Assembly (NCBI GenBank): GCA_043228905.1
Contig: JBHGNT010000006.1
Coordinates: 4,092,001 to 4,156,000, forward strand
Direction of reading: 5' to 3'
Length of the DNA: 64,000 bases
From: Azolla caroliniana
Taxonomy: Eukaryota > Plantae > Polypodiophyta
A model generated the notes under the pieces. That model saw only the letters and a program-made list of their open reading frames with translations, did no database searches and was not told the origin of the DNA. A program made the translations under genes and the position numbers. Positions 38,997 through 53,525 of this stretch are shown piece by piece; position 1 is the first letter of the stretch, and each line of letters opens with the position of its first letter.

Positions 38997-41900
38997 CCCT
39001 CCTCCTTGTAGCTTATCCATTTCTCCGTTGTTGTCCTTTGATGAGCAACTTCCCTAATCAGTAGAGTGTTAATGATTTCATATCTCATAGCCCATCTGCC
39101 CCTGATTCCATGGAGGATGTTAGCTTGGTCTTGTATTGGCAATGACATAAACCGTCTCCAACATTCTATACTTTTTCCTAGACCTTCCAACATGTATCCC
39201 CATGACAACCCCTTACTTGATCCAATTAGTTGATTAGTTTCATCCCTAATACATGTGTTCCATAGGATACGTTGACTGAGCTAGGCAGGTTCAAAATTGG
39301 GTTCATCGCACTTGAGTCCTCGTCTAATGTCACACCACACCTTCCACATAGATACACTAAATCTATCCTCCATTTGGCGGGAGAAACTAGGTTTGAGATC
39401 CATGTTTAGAATCCATCCAGTTTGGGGGGCCCAATTGGTCCCTTTTTGTGGCCTAAAGTAAGCGAAGCGTAACCACTATAACATTTTCCAACAGTCATTC
39501 CCTAGTTGGAGTCCTCACACCACAAATTTGGCGAGTAGGGCTTTGATTGTGAGAGGGGATCAATAAGACCCAATCCTCCTCTCGACTTAGGCGATGTGAG
39601 TATAGGCCACGCCACCTTGGCCTAAGTTGTATGATCTTCCTTACCATACCAAATGTAGTTGCGTACTAGTCATTGAATCTAGTGTATACTTTCCTTGGAG
39701 ATTGTCCAACATGATAGGTTGTACTTTGCTATTGCGAGCAATACCTGGTTTGCCACTATGATGCGCCCCGCTAGCGATAGTTTATTCGAACTCCAATGTA
39801 TTAACTTTTGTCGAATGGAGTGAATAACTAGTGTAATCATAGTCTCAGGTGGTATGTTGAACCCAATTTGGAAACCCAAATATTTGGTGCTCACTCCTTG
39901 ATTGATCCACTAGAAAACGGGATCTGAGTGCCACGTAGGATTTGATACTTCTTTATATGCTCAGAGTATGGGGTGAAGGCATTCATATTCCATTTAAAAC
40001 GAATTTGGAAGTGTTGAAATTTGTTTTATGAAGTTTCTTCAAAGTTAACATACAAACACCATAAATGCTCGTGCTTGAGATTGTATCACTTCCCTACATG
40101 CATCATAAATGACTACAAACGAATAAGACACTTTCCTTGAACTTCCTGATTTTACCAAAAAAATTACTAAGTGATGAAGTTTCAATTTTCTATTTTTCTA
40201 TTTAAAATAATTATATCCGTAGAATCATTTTCATTACTTTGAATCTATTATTGGTCATCTAGACCATTAAGAAAATGAAAGAATGTCGAGGTTTGTTGTC
40301 TCATAATAAATTATTTTGAAATTAATTTACTTTTTTAAAACAAAGTCATATGATAATTAAATTTGATTGCACCATAAATTATTACTTTGATCTAATGATG
40401 GTGCATATACTAGTTAAATACCTTTATCTTATCAAGATGCATTGTAAGATTGTAATTAAGTTGTATCATGTGATTAATCAAGTTAATCTTATTCAATTTG
40501 CAAGTTGCATCATTCGATGAGTTTGATATCTTTACATTTGCATGATATTTTAATATGGTTATCCTAATAAGGTTACCTTGATTATAATAATTAAACAATC
40601 TCACTTTATTAAATTGCATGTTTCACGATTACTCCTTCCCTTCTAGCAATGCATAGGGTCTAAGCTAATCATTGTTTAGTTTTTCATTGGTTTGACCAAA
40701 GGTACTTTTGGTATTAAGAAAATAATATTTTGGGTATAGCCTCAACATTACACTATGTAAGAGAGCGTGTGATGATCATTCCACTTGAGATCAATTGGCA
40801 TTAGGATGGAGAGGCACTTTCTTTCTATCTTTAACATTGAATAAAAAGTTATATATTCTCACCTGACAAGCTCAAATTTCAATGTCATGTGTGCCCCAAC
40901 TTCTCAAGTAGCATTGTTCAAATTTCAATATCATGTTTGCACCAACTTCTCAAGTAGCATTCATGAATAGTGACCTCAACTTATTAGAGATTAACTATCT
41001 AGTCAAAAGGGCAATGTGTAGGCCCTATACATAGTATTAAGACCAAATTCTTTAGCTTGTGATCAACCAAGAGATTGGCACACTAGGCATGAACTATATA
41101 CTAACGAGGAAAAACTTCTAGCATTCCCTCAATTTCCTTTTACTTTCTTCCAATGACCAAGGTCAAGAAGATGACAATATATTAGGAAAAAAAAGTTTAG
41201 GGGCATCTCATAGTTTCTAGCTTATAACCAATATCTACTAGGTGCATAGAAGTAAGGGGAAAAACTTGTCAGTTTATTTTCTCAACAAAAAACAAACTCC
41301 TTAAAAGGTCATTGTGCTACGAAAATGCTATGTGATATCATACATTGTGAGCAATTATATTTGGTCAATTCATCCATTGCTTCTCAAAGGTATAAACGTG
41401 TGCATGTTTGGTGATCTGAAGAGTTATCCAATCAATGTGATTCCTTTTTTTTGTCTTTTACGGAGTTGTTGGCCGTGGGCATTGCGGGAAAATAAAGAGA
41501 AACTTGGCAGGCATGGCACAAGGAGGGGAAAAGCAAAGTCTTGAGGGTATACATCGGAGCAAAATATTTTGGTTGCAGATCAAGTCCTTTTAGATAAATG
41601 TTAGCACACGGGCACATGTGACTGCATGTGTACAACAAGCATAGGCCCAAACACAAGCACATGCAAGGCATACAACACCGATACCGGCATCGGCACCGAC
41701 ACCAGCACACTCAAACAAAACAATGTAAGGAACATGTAGGTTCGAAATACTGAATTGAATGCACATCTTGCTATGGATTGTGTGACATGTGTGTGTGTGT
41801 TCATTGATGTGGTAATAATACTTACAAAAAGGGAGCGGTTTTCGAAAGCAATTACAAATTACAATCTCTTTGATTTATTATTTCCTTCTCGATTTTCTAT

Positions 41901-44639
41901 GACCTCTTCATTTATTATTTATTGCTTATTGTTTATTTTTATTGCCATTTTTCCCGCCCAAAAAGGTTTAAATAAGGCATTTTTTTCTGTAGACTCCTAT
42001 TCCAAAAGAAAGCATTCAATTTAAACTAATTGAATTCAATTTTATTTATTTACTCTAATATTATAGGTTCCCAAGTCTCAAAAACTCATTCCACATTTAC
42101 TAATAATAGTTACCTGATACTTAATAGAGTTTTTTTTTTAAATAACCAAAATCTACTGCATTATTTATTTATTTATTTAACTGCTTACCATAAACAGTTA
42201 AGAGTATTGGATTAAATTTTTAACTCCTTTTTCTTGTCTTTCATCAGATATCATTACATATTATACAGCCAATACAATCTCCTAACAAATCACATTTAGA
42301 GTTCACTTGCCACCTCCCTTCTACAATGGAGCTGTCAAATAGAATCAGATGATGACTCGTGTAAGAAGTGACGTAACTGATTCATTGAGTTTATCCGAAG
42401 CGCTCACCGCCAATTAACTCATGCTTCATAAGTAAGTGTCAATATTGAAAAAGCGATGCTTCACATAGATAATATGAGAACTATATAAGGTTTAAGGTGC
42501 CACACCTTGGCATGTAGCCAACATATTAATCCAGTCCTCGTTAAGAAACATTGTTACCAATGCAATAAGAAATGGGAACCCAAGTTCCGAGGTTCCGTCC
42601 TAATAAAGGGGAAAACTAAGTCTTTTCATGATAGTGAGTGTATAACGAGGGAGTACAAAACATTCCCTTGTATTAAGTTACTTGAGAGTCTAGACATGCC
42701 CACATATTATTGAATCTTTTGAATTTCAAAACATGTTGATGTAGCGATCAAGCTTGTGCATCACGTTAAGGTTGTGGTTTGAAACATTGAGCAATGTATT
42801 TGTTGCGTTTGTTATAATAAAAAATGCTTTGTAATTTTGCCTTGAATCATGGATCATACACACCCATTTTGATCTTGAACACATGGCTTTTCAAAATTGA
42901 CATTGGCGACAACCCATGCTTGGACAATGATAGTGTTGTCTAGTGTACATTATGTGAGGGAATGCTAATAGTGCTACATGATCTATTAATTCAATATACC
43001 GACAAAATCATGGTATATTAATGGATCCATAATTGGGCGCAATACCATGATATTTTAATACAAATGGGAAGCAAGTGTCATTCCCTAAATTTTTATCATA
43101 ATCTATATTATATTAAATAATGAGAAATGATTGTTTGGTTTCCCCAAGCTGGAAATTATTTTTTGAACAAACCTAATAAGAACCAACGGAAGAAGAAATA
43201 CATAATGTGTCTTGGGTCAACATATGTGAGCATTTTGCATACTCCTATTTGCCACATATATAAAAATGTGGACATTGTATTATTGTTGTTGAATGGCGAT
43301 CACAATTTCATTATATATTTCTGTAACTTGGAAAAGATGAAATGGGCCATAGATTAGAAACTATTCATTTGGTTAACTGTCAACCTATTAAATCTCGAGA
43401 ATGAGACTTATGCATGCACGTTTGTTGCTACAATGTTGTTCTTTCACTTGAAAAACTAACACACATAACTAGTGAATATTCAATAGATGTCCAAAAAATC
43501 CAATGCCTTAGGGTCCTCAATGTTTAGACTAAGTGCGATCAAAGAAATTATCATTCAATGACTTGATCATCGATAATTTGATATCATATGTATTGGAACA
43601 CAAAATAACAATAAATGGTAGAATTTGAAGTATGAAAAACGCTATATATTGGATGATTGTTGGTCAAAGTGTCTATTTTTTCAATATTGACCTAAGCAAC
43701 AATAATATAAACATAATCACCATGATAATAATAAAAACGACGCATGATCATTAGGGTTTGCAAAAAAGTAGCCCCCACTCAAAAAATGTCTAGTTTGAGA
43801 TATTAATAAGGCAAAACAGAAGTTGAAATTTGGTAAAGTTCTGCTAAATTCCTTGATGTTTGCAGTACTTCATGGATGTAAAAGAATTTCACTAATTCGT
43901 AAATAAAAGTGTCCTAAACAATGCTCATTGCCATTCTCTTTTATTGTGATTGGTTATTGGCAATTGCAATGAATAGTATGTAGGTAACCATGTACAAATG
44001 TAGCCACATATGTAGTTAATACATCAATACGTTCGTTATTTGTCTAAATCTTCAACAATCACTACTCTAGACTTCTCGTACCCTCTAGAAACCTTTTTTT
44101 AAATTCCCCATGCAATAGCTACATATATAGCAATTTGAATTCCCTCAATATCCTCCCTTGGACTCATATTGTTATGCAACCCTTGCATTGCATATCTTCC
44201 ATTTCTATTGTCTAGAGTTGTAGAGGTGATTCCCCTTATTAAGAAATAGCTAAAGCCATTATTTTGAAAGTCTGAGTAATGGAGATTGCAAGGGCTCGTG
44301 AGACATTGGGAAAGTGGCTCATGATTGTGTTGAAGTCATTATTTTGAAAGTCTAGAGCAAAGGAGATTTCTACCTAATGAAGTTTACACATAGAACATGT
44401 CTAAGTAATGCTTATTTCAAGCGCACTAACACTTTCAAAAAAGGGGAGAGTGATGTCAAGAGAGTAGTACCCTTTGGGAAATGGTCAATGGGTTACCCCA
44501 ATCTTATGTGTTTAGCTACGTGTTTAGACTAGCCACTACATAGTATATACAAGCTAATCAAATCAATAGATAATCTAACTTGTTAAGTTGTGGCTATTAG
44601 CTATAAAGCCGAGAAAGACATGATTGTCAAGAGATATCT

Positions 44640-45200
44640 ACACCAATATTCTTCTCTTACCTCCCAACCCAAAAATGTATGGAATGTTTGGCAAACAATA
44701 AGAAAATGGAGGCATGTTGAAAGAGATGAAAATAATCCATTAGAATCGAGTGAAGTAAGGAACCCGAATTTAGTATTACAAGGGAGTATTCTATGTAAAT
44801 GCAAAATATGTAGCGCATATATATATATATATTTAAGGTCCCTGTACACTTTATTGGAAGGGTGTATATATGCACTTAAGATTTTGGGATGGGTGTGTCC
44901 TGCTTGGAGAAGATGTATGAGGTTGATCCATTGGGTCCTACTTAAGATGTATTGTGGGAATAATTGTTTCATGGTTGTGAATGATTCACAATTTATTAGA
45001 GTGGAATGCTCTTCCATTATCAATTGCTTGATTAGGGTAGAATGTGCAAACATGATGCTCTCGCAAGGCCATGCCATGCTCTTTTTCACTTTCAAGCCCA
45101 TCACTACATGCACAGAAGTGGGGAGGGTATGAATAATCATAGTATAATAGGGTTCACTAGTCTCAACTCTCACCTTATGGATCGAGAATTTGTTGACAAA
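44640..45200 (-). mobile_element. Possible highly degenerate copia GAG-pre-integrase/integrase remnant
   Basis: Weak peptide traces only: VMGL...PCES, GP...S and NGL...P..FW.E-like, spread across frameshifts. Confidence 0.3.
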
Positions 45201-46610
45201 CATATACATGTTACTTCATGTGACATGCCCTTTAATTGTTAACCTATTTTGCCACTAAATTGAATGTCACTCACTCATCTTAGCTTTCTTAGTTAGGGTT
45301 ACTTGATTTTCATTTCTCGAATAAGTGGACCATCTATAAGGTTTTATATCGTTTCAATATCATAGTCGACTACCCTTCTTCGTCTCTAATAAACCAATAA
45401 ACAAACAAAAGTAAATTATTGTCTTTGTGGCATTGTTATTTTAATAGGACATTAGCTTTTATGAATATTTCTCCACATGGCCATCCTAGATAGAAATCCA
45501 TTAACTTAAATGATATTGAGGACTCACATGGCCATATTATCCCTCCCATCCTTGTTATCACCTTCTTTTTTAATAATATTAAGTCTCTCAATGATATTCT
45601 TTTACAATCTAATTCAACTGACAAATTGTGGAATTACAAATTGTAGCCAAACCATCATTAGTATTATTGGTCGATGTTTTTTATGTGTCAAAGAATTTAA
45701 AGACATTTTGTTTTATTTCAATAGACGTGCGCGTGCACACACACACACACACACTCTCTCTCTCTCTCTCCCTCTCTCTCCTCTCACACAAGGAATCATA
45801 CATACATGACAATCTAGTGTTATAAAACACTTGAGCATGGATGAAGAAAGGTATCTTGTGTCAATTGTACATCCTATGTAAGGAGGGCCTTACATTGTAC
45901 TTAAAGCTTCCCTAAAGTTGTTTCTTGCATAGTATTTATTATATTTCAAAAGAAACTTGGGTTTTCATGTTGCTCTAAGGTGGCATTATCGTATTTGCAA
46001 GTCTAGCCTCAACGATGTTAAATCTCGGTTGGAGTTTTTTGAGCTGATTGAAATAAACTTCGGAGTTAGGACCTTAACCTCTTCTTGTGACGACCGAGTT
46101 TCCTTTACGACGACAAAATGTAAAATTCCAAAGTTCACTTTGCTTGAATGTGAAGGTGAGAAGCTTTGGGATATTACTTTGCATTGAGATATGGAGGGCA
46201 ACGCCACGAAGAGCTTCAAAATGAGTGGAAAATCACGAGTTTGGGAATTTTGTTTTCTGATCGTCGTCTTTGGAATGAGTGTTGAGAGGCATATAGAATA
46301 GTAGTTTACAATGCCTTTTGAGAGGCATCTTTTCGTTTTGTTACCCCTATGTATGGAAACATAGATGTCCTAGAGTTAGTCGGTCTCCCAAGGATCCTTA
46401 CTATTCCCAAGCACACATCATTTGGGACATCCAAGGCGTATTCGAATATATGTATATGTAGGGGAGTGCTCGTAATGGAGTGTTAATAAGATAGATAGAT
46501 TTCACAATCACTAGAGTCTTTCCAATGTTAAAGCTAAACATAGTCCTCCTAACTTGATCCCCATGGGCCCAATAAAAGCAAAAACAATGGAACAAGCTCA
46601 ATTCTTACTC

Positions 46611-46611
<1 letters not shown>

Positions 46612-46643
<32 letters not shown>

Positions 46644-46745
46644 AATACAAACAAACAAACAAACATACATACATACATACATACATACATACATACATAC
46701 ATACATACATACATACATACATACATACATACATACATACATACA

Positions 46746-46779
<34 letters not shown>

Positions 46780-46879
46780 ATACACACACACACCATACAT
46801 ACGCACACCAGACATACACACATACACACATACATAGATACACACACACATACACATACATACATACACATACACATAC

Positions 46880-46911
<32 letters not shown>

Positions 46912-47078
46912 CATACATACGCACACCAGACATACACACATACACACATACATACATACACACACATACACATACACATACATACATACATACATACATA
47001 CACACACACACATACACACACATACACACACAGACAAATAGACACACAAACACATACATACATACATACATACATACA

Positions 47079-47110
<32 letters not shown>
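46612..47110. repeat. Compound (TACA)n/(CA)n microsatellite, about 500 bp
   Basis: Directly visible; it explains the low-complexity ORFs at 46549-47146. Confidence 0.98.
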
Positions 47111-47111
<1 letters not shown>

Positions 47112-47230
47112 TTGTAAATTCTGATATAGACGATATTAATTAACAACCCACCTGCTCTTTTACTCCCCGTTCAATTTTCCAGGTCTTCGCTTACTGTTAG
47201 CTTCGTTCTTCGTTCTTCGTTCTGCTTCTT

Positions 47231-47265
<35 letters not shown>

Positions 47266-47305
47266 TCTTCTTCATCTCTCTTTCCTTCCGTCCTTTTGGC
47301 TGGCT

Positions 47306-47678
47306 ATGGAGCTGAAAACACAGAGACCCATGCCTAGCATGGCTTCAAGGTGGCATCCCATCCTTGTAGGCATCATGGTGGGTCTCTTTATCTCAGCTAT
47401 CTTCACATCAAACTATGCAAATAGAACAACAACAGCAGCAAAAACACCCATCTCTACTGCCTCTTCTTCATTCCCTGCCTTGTCTCCATGGTCACCATCT
47501 ACTCTCTCCAACCATCTCTTCATTCTCTTGATGAGAAGGAATGATTCTCTAGTGTATATTCCCAAAACAGAGCAAGAAAACTCAACAAAAGCATCCACAC
47601 CATCACCATCATCATCATCATCATCATCAATCACATTATTAACACACATCAAACATAATGCAGTAATGGCAGAGTCCA

Positions 47679-47713
<35 letters not shown>

Positions 47714-49604
47714 TTTTGTGATATCTCAAAGGGGAAGTGGGTGGAAGAGGTCGAGGGTTCCGTTCCGTTCTACGATCCAGGCACTTGTCCTTTTGTAGGT
47801 GAAGGATTTGATTGCCATGGAAACGGGAGGGTGGACACCAAGTACATGACATGGAGGTGGGCTCCCAGTGATTGTAACATTCCCAAGTTCAATTCCACAC
47901 ACATGCTCCACTGGCTCAGGGGTAAGAGATTGGTGTTTGTGGGCGATTCCTTGAATAGGAACCAATGGGAGTCCATGCTCTGTATGCTCAGGGAGGCATT
48001 GGTAGATAAGAGGAGAATAGTTCAAATCCATGGTGGCTCTAAAGTCTCCAAAATTCCAGGAGCTTATGCCTTCAAATTCTTGGTAAAGAACCCACCCCAG
48101 ACAGCAATAACCAGAAATCTGCTTATAAGAACCATATGTTAGAGTCACCCATCTGTTCTAATCTTTCATATCAGCAATGTACATATATGTATGCACGTGT
48201 GTTTATGTGTTATGCCTGCTTATATGCATCTGCATTCTCGTATATATGAATGTGTGCTTGCATGCATGTCAAAAAAAAGATTTTGTAAGAATGTATGTAT
48301 GCATTTCTGTATTTTAAGAATTGCTCCATGTATATGCACAATGCAAAAAACAATTCTTTGGGTGTTAGTCGTAACTATGGTTGTATGTGCATCCGTACAA
48401 CTATTATATCCAATATATGTACGTTAGTTATGTGTCTATCCAATGTATCATGCAATGTATTTATCCATGTATATATGCAGGCCTATATGAAATACTTTAT
48501 GAATGCATGTATACATGTTCGTATGCTAATCCATGTATGTGTCTAGGATTGGTTGTCTACATGTATGTATGTATGTGTCTAGGATTGGTTGTCTACATGT
48601 ATGTATGTATGTATGTAAATTATATACAAAATACGAGTGTGCATTGATCATAGATCTGGGTTTTTGTTCTTTTCTCATCCTCCTTTTATATCTGTATGAT
48701 TGTATTTTCAGGATTATGATTGCAAAGTGGAGTTCTACACATCTCCATATCTAGTGGATCAGGAAGTAGCTTCAAATGCAACTCAGCCCGTTATAAGGCT
48801 AGATAGGATGGATAGATCAGAGAGGAGATGGAGGAAGGCCGATGTGTTGGTCTTCAACACTGGCCATTGGTGGACACCTGACAAAATTGGTGATGGGTAA
48901 ATCCAACTAAACTATTATCTTTTTAAGTTCAGAAAAGCAGAGTACTTTGCATTAAACATCTCTTAATCGATTTTCTGTTCAGTTTTTTTTATTTTTTTTG
49001 AATCTTCATTTATTTATAGGGTCAATTGTTTCAAAGAAGGCAGCCGAGTCCATGAGAGGCTGGATGTAATGGTTGCATACAAAAAGGCATTGTCCACATG
49101 GGCCAAATGGGTGGACAAATATGTGAACCCAAACCACACCAATGTTATCTTTAGAGCCTATTCCCCTGTTCATTACATGTAAGTTTATATAGGTATACAT
49201 ATATAAAGAACTCTAATTCATACTATCTCTCTTTTTACTTGTTACATATCTATATGTAGCACTTAAAGAGTTTGGCCCTTGTGTGCAGAGGTGGGCAATG
49301 GAACTCTGGAGGGCAATGCCAAAATGAGGTGGAACCCATCTATAATGACACTTATTTGTCTCCATACCCCTCTAAAATGAAGGTTCTAGAAGAGAAGATA
49401 TTGCCCACCATGCGAGTCCCTGTTCATGTTCTTAACATCACAAGGCTGTCAGACTATAGGAAAGATGGACACCCTGCTTTATTCGGCCAACCCCTCGGAC
49501 ATATGGTTTCACACCAAGATTGTAGTCATTGGTGCTTACCTGGTGTCCCTGACACATGGAATGAGCTACTTTATTTTTCTCTTCTCAAATTGATTCCATT
49601 GTGA
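47306..49604 (+). CDS. TBL: TRICHOME BIREFRINGENCE-LIKE (PMR5N + PC-esterase) polysaccharide O-acetyltransferase, 478 aa; exons 47306-48082, 48712-48896, 49020-49178, 49289-49604
   Basis: N-terminal TM helix, [22 protein letters not shown] (GDS motif), VFNTGHWW and [16 protein letters not shown] (DxxH motif). Exons are in phase (1437 nt). Confidence 0.93.
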
Positions 49605-50584
49605 CTCGAACCCCAAAAACAATTGCGATTGTGATTATGATCGTTGCTATTGTTGAGGATATAGTTCACGCAGGGGTATGCGTTCAAGTCCCACTTTTGA
49701 AGCACATTTGAGGTGGTTGAACAAAGCGAAGGACGATGAAGTTACCTCGATGATGCTCCAAATTCAATTCATGCTACGAAATGTTGGTAGGCATAGATAA
49801 TGCAATTAATGCATTAAGATACATGAAAGAATAGAACTAATATCTGGAAGAGACCAAATATGATGCATGGGATGCCCTGATATGTTTGGTTGGTACATTA
49901 TTAACCATATAGAGCTTACATAGACAAAGATACTGCAGTCTTCTACTATACATTCGTTTAAGAATGTGGAATTTGGGTTTTTATCCTTATGAATCTCTAA
50001 ATGCCTAGAGTGTTGGTTACTTGATTACATACATTCCAGTATAGAAGGTGGTGTAAAAGATACGATGTTTTGCATCTCTTTTCCTCGTTTTTACAAAAGT
50101 GTTCTTATCACTATTGGGTTTTCTTAGCCGTTTGTTCTAAGTGCACATGTGCCTTTTCTTTTATTACTATATGACCGGTTTTTGTGTACTAACTATGTAG
50201 TGTAGCTTCTAGTAACTGTTTATATTGTGGTCCAGGTCGAATTTCTTGTTACATGTATTTGCATAGTTGTGGGCATGTCAAATAGATATAGAAAGAAGGA
50301 AAGGGACAACACAATGCAATAATGCGTTAGAAAAGTGTAAATTGGTTTCTTATTAGAAACTCAAGCTCCACTACAATATTCTAAATTTGAAGCTATTTGA
50401 TGCTAGGTTTTCAATTCTTGATGATTGAATGGTTGGATTGATTGACCTTGCAACCTTATATGCCCATATTTGATTAAATGTACAACTCAAGGATTCATAT
50501 AATTAGATGAGATTTAGATTTTGCACATTTTGTTTCATAATATTTAGTATTTTTTTTTCTTCCAAAAACATAATATTTAGTCAA

Positions 50585-51165
50585 GGATTCCAACTTCAAA
50601 AGGGCTAACCTTGTTTAAGTGTAAGAATCTCTTCTTAAGCATGAGACATGCTCTACCCTAAAGAAAATTGAGATTCACAATAATCATGCATGTTTTTGGA
50701 AAAGTTAATCAATATTGAGTCATGTTTTAACAATACGAAACGAGATTTAGGTAATGAGGAAATAAGGTTTACAAAGTGTTGGGATTCCAACTTCACAAGG
50801 GCTAACCTTGTTTAAGTGTAAGAACCTCTTCTTTAGCATGAGACATGCTTTGCCCTAAAGAAAATTGAGATTCACAATAATCATGCATGTTTTCGGAAAA
50901 GTGAATCAATATTGAATCTTGCTTTAACAATACGAAACCCTCTAACATAGGATGTTAGAGAGAGATTTAGGTAATGAGGAAATAAGGTTTAAAAAGTGTT
51001 GGGAGGAAATTCTTGAGTTTCGGAGACGCGAGTCTATGATCAATGGGCATATTGCCTTGGTTGTTGTAGGCCTCTTCCATTTGCTCATTCCACTACCCCG
51101 TGTCAATGGGCATATTGCCTTGGTTGTTGCAGGCCTCTTCCATTCGCTCATTCCACTACCCCGTG
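50585..51165. repeat. Duplication of about 200 bp (50585-51003) followed by a 63-bp tandem duplication (about 51040-51165)
   Basis: GGATTCCAACTTCA...GAGATTTAGGTAATGAGGAAATAAGGTTTA occurs twice; TCAATGGGCATATTGCCTTGG...CCACTACCCCGTG occurs twice. Confidence 0.9.
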
Positions 51166-53525
51166 ATTTCATATATTGACAATGTCATGGCACTTGACCC
51201 AATTTCTAGGAACATGAGTCATGACAATGAGCTCTCTTGCTCATTATCTAGCATTTTGCAGCTCACTTGTTGGATAAAATTAGGATTTGCCTTTTTTGCA
51301 CGCATGAGTACTTTTCTTTTTGTGCAAGCTCTTGTCCTTATCCTTGTGTAGGCATTCAATTCTTGGAAAACTTTCGTTCACATGTTCGTTTTTATTGCTC
51401 TCTTCATTGTTATCACTTTTGCTTTCTAGCTTAGATTTTCCCTTCAGTCACCCCTAATGGGGTTCAATTCAAACGTCAACCTTCTTGTTAGCTCTATATG
51501 AGATCTACATTATGTTAATTTTTCACTTCCATACTTTTTCGTTCGATGGTCACTTTGATCAAAGTTCTAACATATTGTAAAAATTGCAAATGAGAAAATT
51601 TTCTCCCTTTGCATACATCATATATGTAATGAAAATGTGCATTTGACATGCTTTGGTGAAAAGTTATACTTGTGTGGGTCATGTGGCCACAAGCCCTCCC
51701 CATAAAAGGTGAATGTGATATGGGAGATGAAAGTGTGAATTGAAAATGGAGGTAATGCAGTTCCTAGAGATGTGCACATCCTATCACATATGGATTTTGC
51801 AGTTCAAACACATCGATGTACCTCTATAATGACTTCTAAAGAAGGCATGAGGTTTTGGGTGGGCTAAAGAGGACCATTAGGTGATGCAAAAACTAAAAGG
51901 ACACTACTCACTAAAAGGATGTAGATTATTTAATCACTTCTTATGTAAGGAAAATGATGAATGGAGTGCATAAGATGTTTCACAAGAAAGATTATGATGG
52001 GGATTTGATGCAAAAAAGGATGTATTTGAACATCTTTTCAATGGTGGCACATGACTAAAGGGGAATACAACAATATTTGAAAGAAAGTGTCACCCAAGAA
52101 GAGTTCAAATGCCCTACTCATAGTGATTTGCAAGGAAATTCAACATGCATGACAATTTGTGGTCTAGACATAAAGGGATATGGAGAACATTGGCAAAGTT
52201 AAAGGAGAAATAGTGATTGAGAGGGTATGTGGCACATTATTTAGATATGAGTGAAAGTTACAAGTATATATATCCATTAATAAAGTATAAAAAATGGATG
52301 GTTGAATTAATGGTCCTGCCTATGGGTCTACCGTAGGTGAAGTACTCATGGTAGCAAGAGAAGAATTGACAAATCAAGTAGGAGGCATGCCATTGAGAAA
52401 CAAGAAATTTGATTTCTTACACAAATTTTTGCTAGAAGATGTCTTTAGCATATATGATTGCGTTGGGAAGATCTTGGTTAAAAAGGGAAGACCTAGATAC
52501 CAATAAGGCAAGAGAGTTCTTGCATTTAAAATTGCCCATTACTAAAACTCCTAAACAAGACACAAATTGGAAATTGGAGCGTGTATATAGATAGCCCTAT
52601 TATGAATGCTCCTGTGAAGCCATGGAAGGACCATGTTTATTTTGTTATGAATTGTGTACAGATAGAACCACACATAATACAACGACATATTACATGCATG
52701 TGCAATTGATTATAGTCAAATCACTACTTGGGGTGGGTGCATATGAATGATCTTATGAGCAATAAGTGTAATAGATATTCAGGAGGCCTTCCACATGGAC
52801 ATTCCATGCTTCTCTTAAAGGGACGCATACTTTTTTATGAAGAGTTTTTATTGGAGGGCCACCTACCTATTGTTGCTTTATTTGTTGTGTTGCCACCTCT
52901 AATTGGTTGGTTGTTTGTTGTATATCACCATATCCTTCACTATTTGACTTGATAAAAAAGCCTTCAAATGTAATATTATGTACGAGAGTCAAATGGAAAC
53001 ATCACATAAATCATAAAAGTTTCTGTCACTGTTGAAAAGGCCACATCATATGCAAATGGTGGTTCAAATTCAACATTTCTTTTGGGTATTGCAAATGTTT
53101 GAGATTTCTGAGTGTGCACAACGCTGTTTTCAACTCTCATGATGGTAAGGAATGAAATTAAGATAAGATTTGGATCGACCACCAAAAAGAAATCAAAATT
53201 TCCAACGACCGAAAGGAACGTTGTTCAAGTGCTGGTCCAATGTGAGGAAGTTACCATAGTGGTTATGGTCCTTGTGGAGAAGAATAAATAATACAGCACT
53301 ACATTGTGCAAAGCAAAAATGTAACATTATACATAAGGTTAAATAAACAGATATATACACACATGTGACATATATATACAAGTAACCGAAAATCCTCGGT
53401 CTTTTTTGCATGCTTGAAAATGTAGACTGGGATCATTAAAGAATCCTTTCAAAGATGATACTCACATGCTTTATTAATTGAACAAAAAGCATGAGATGGA
53501 AGATGGTCAGGCCAAGATGCTGAAA

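Larger units (their letters stand above)
29577..39941 (-). mobile_element. 5'-truncated L1-clade LINE, about 2.1 kb excluding the nested copia element
   Basis: RT C-terminal peptides (KYLGFQIG...KLSLAGRIIVANQVL) at 39680-39900 and a zf-RVT-like region at 29900-30715. A-rich tail seen as a T-rich run at 29577-29593. 13-bp TSD TTGATACTTCTTT at 29564-29576 and 39942-39954. Confidence 0.85.
29280..40150 (+). mobile_element. Old degenerate RTE/L2-like LINE RT fragment (29280-29576 and 39955-40150) split by the L1 insertion
   Basis: KLSINISKT...LEKVERFLNFG resembles the RT-end pattern L.VN..KT...LE.V..F.YLG. Removing the L1 and one TSD gives LRTLMTLILLYMLRVWG, resembling LLYG.EVWG. Confidence 0.55.

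Noticed and set aside
44590-45209. Overlapping 180-aa and 202-aa ORFs as a novel gene
   Set aside because: No domain or splice structure; better explained as degenerate retroelement sequence.
46549-47146. Long MYVC/HTYI-repeat ORFs (also at 20097-20414)
   Set aside because: These are translations of microsatellites.
49670-49695. B-box-like GTTCAAGTCCC downstream of the TBL stop codon
   Set aside because: No convincing A box at the right spacing and no tRNA fold or SINE tail.
51700-52700. Possible decayed DNA-transposon (CACTA-like) coding remnants, also around 15500-16250, 42500-42950 and 57500-58700
   Set aside because: No motif or terminal repeat could be read with confidence; needs a TBLASTX or RepeatMasker search.
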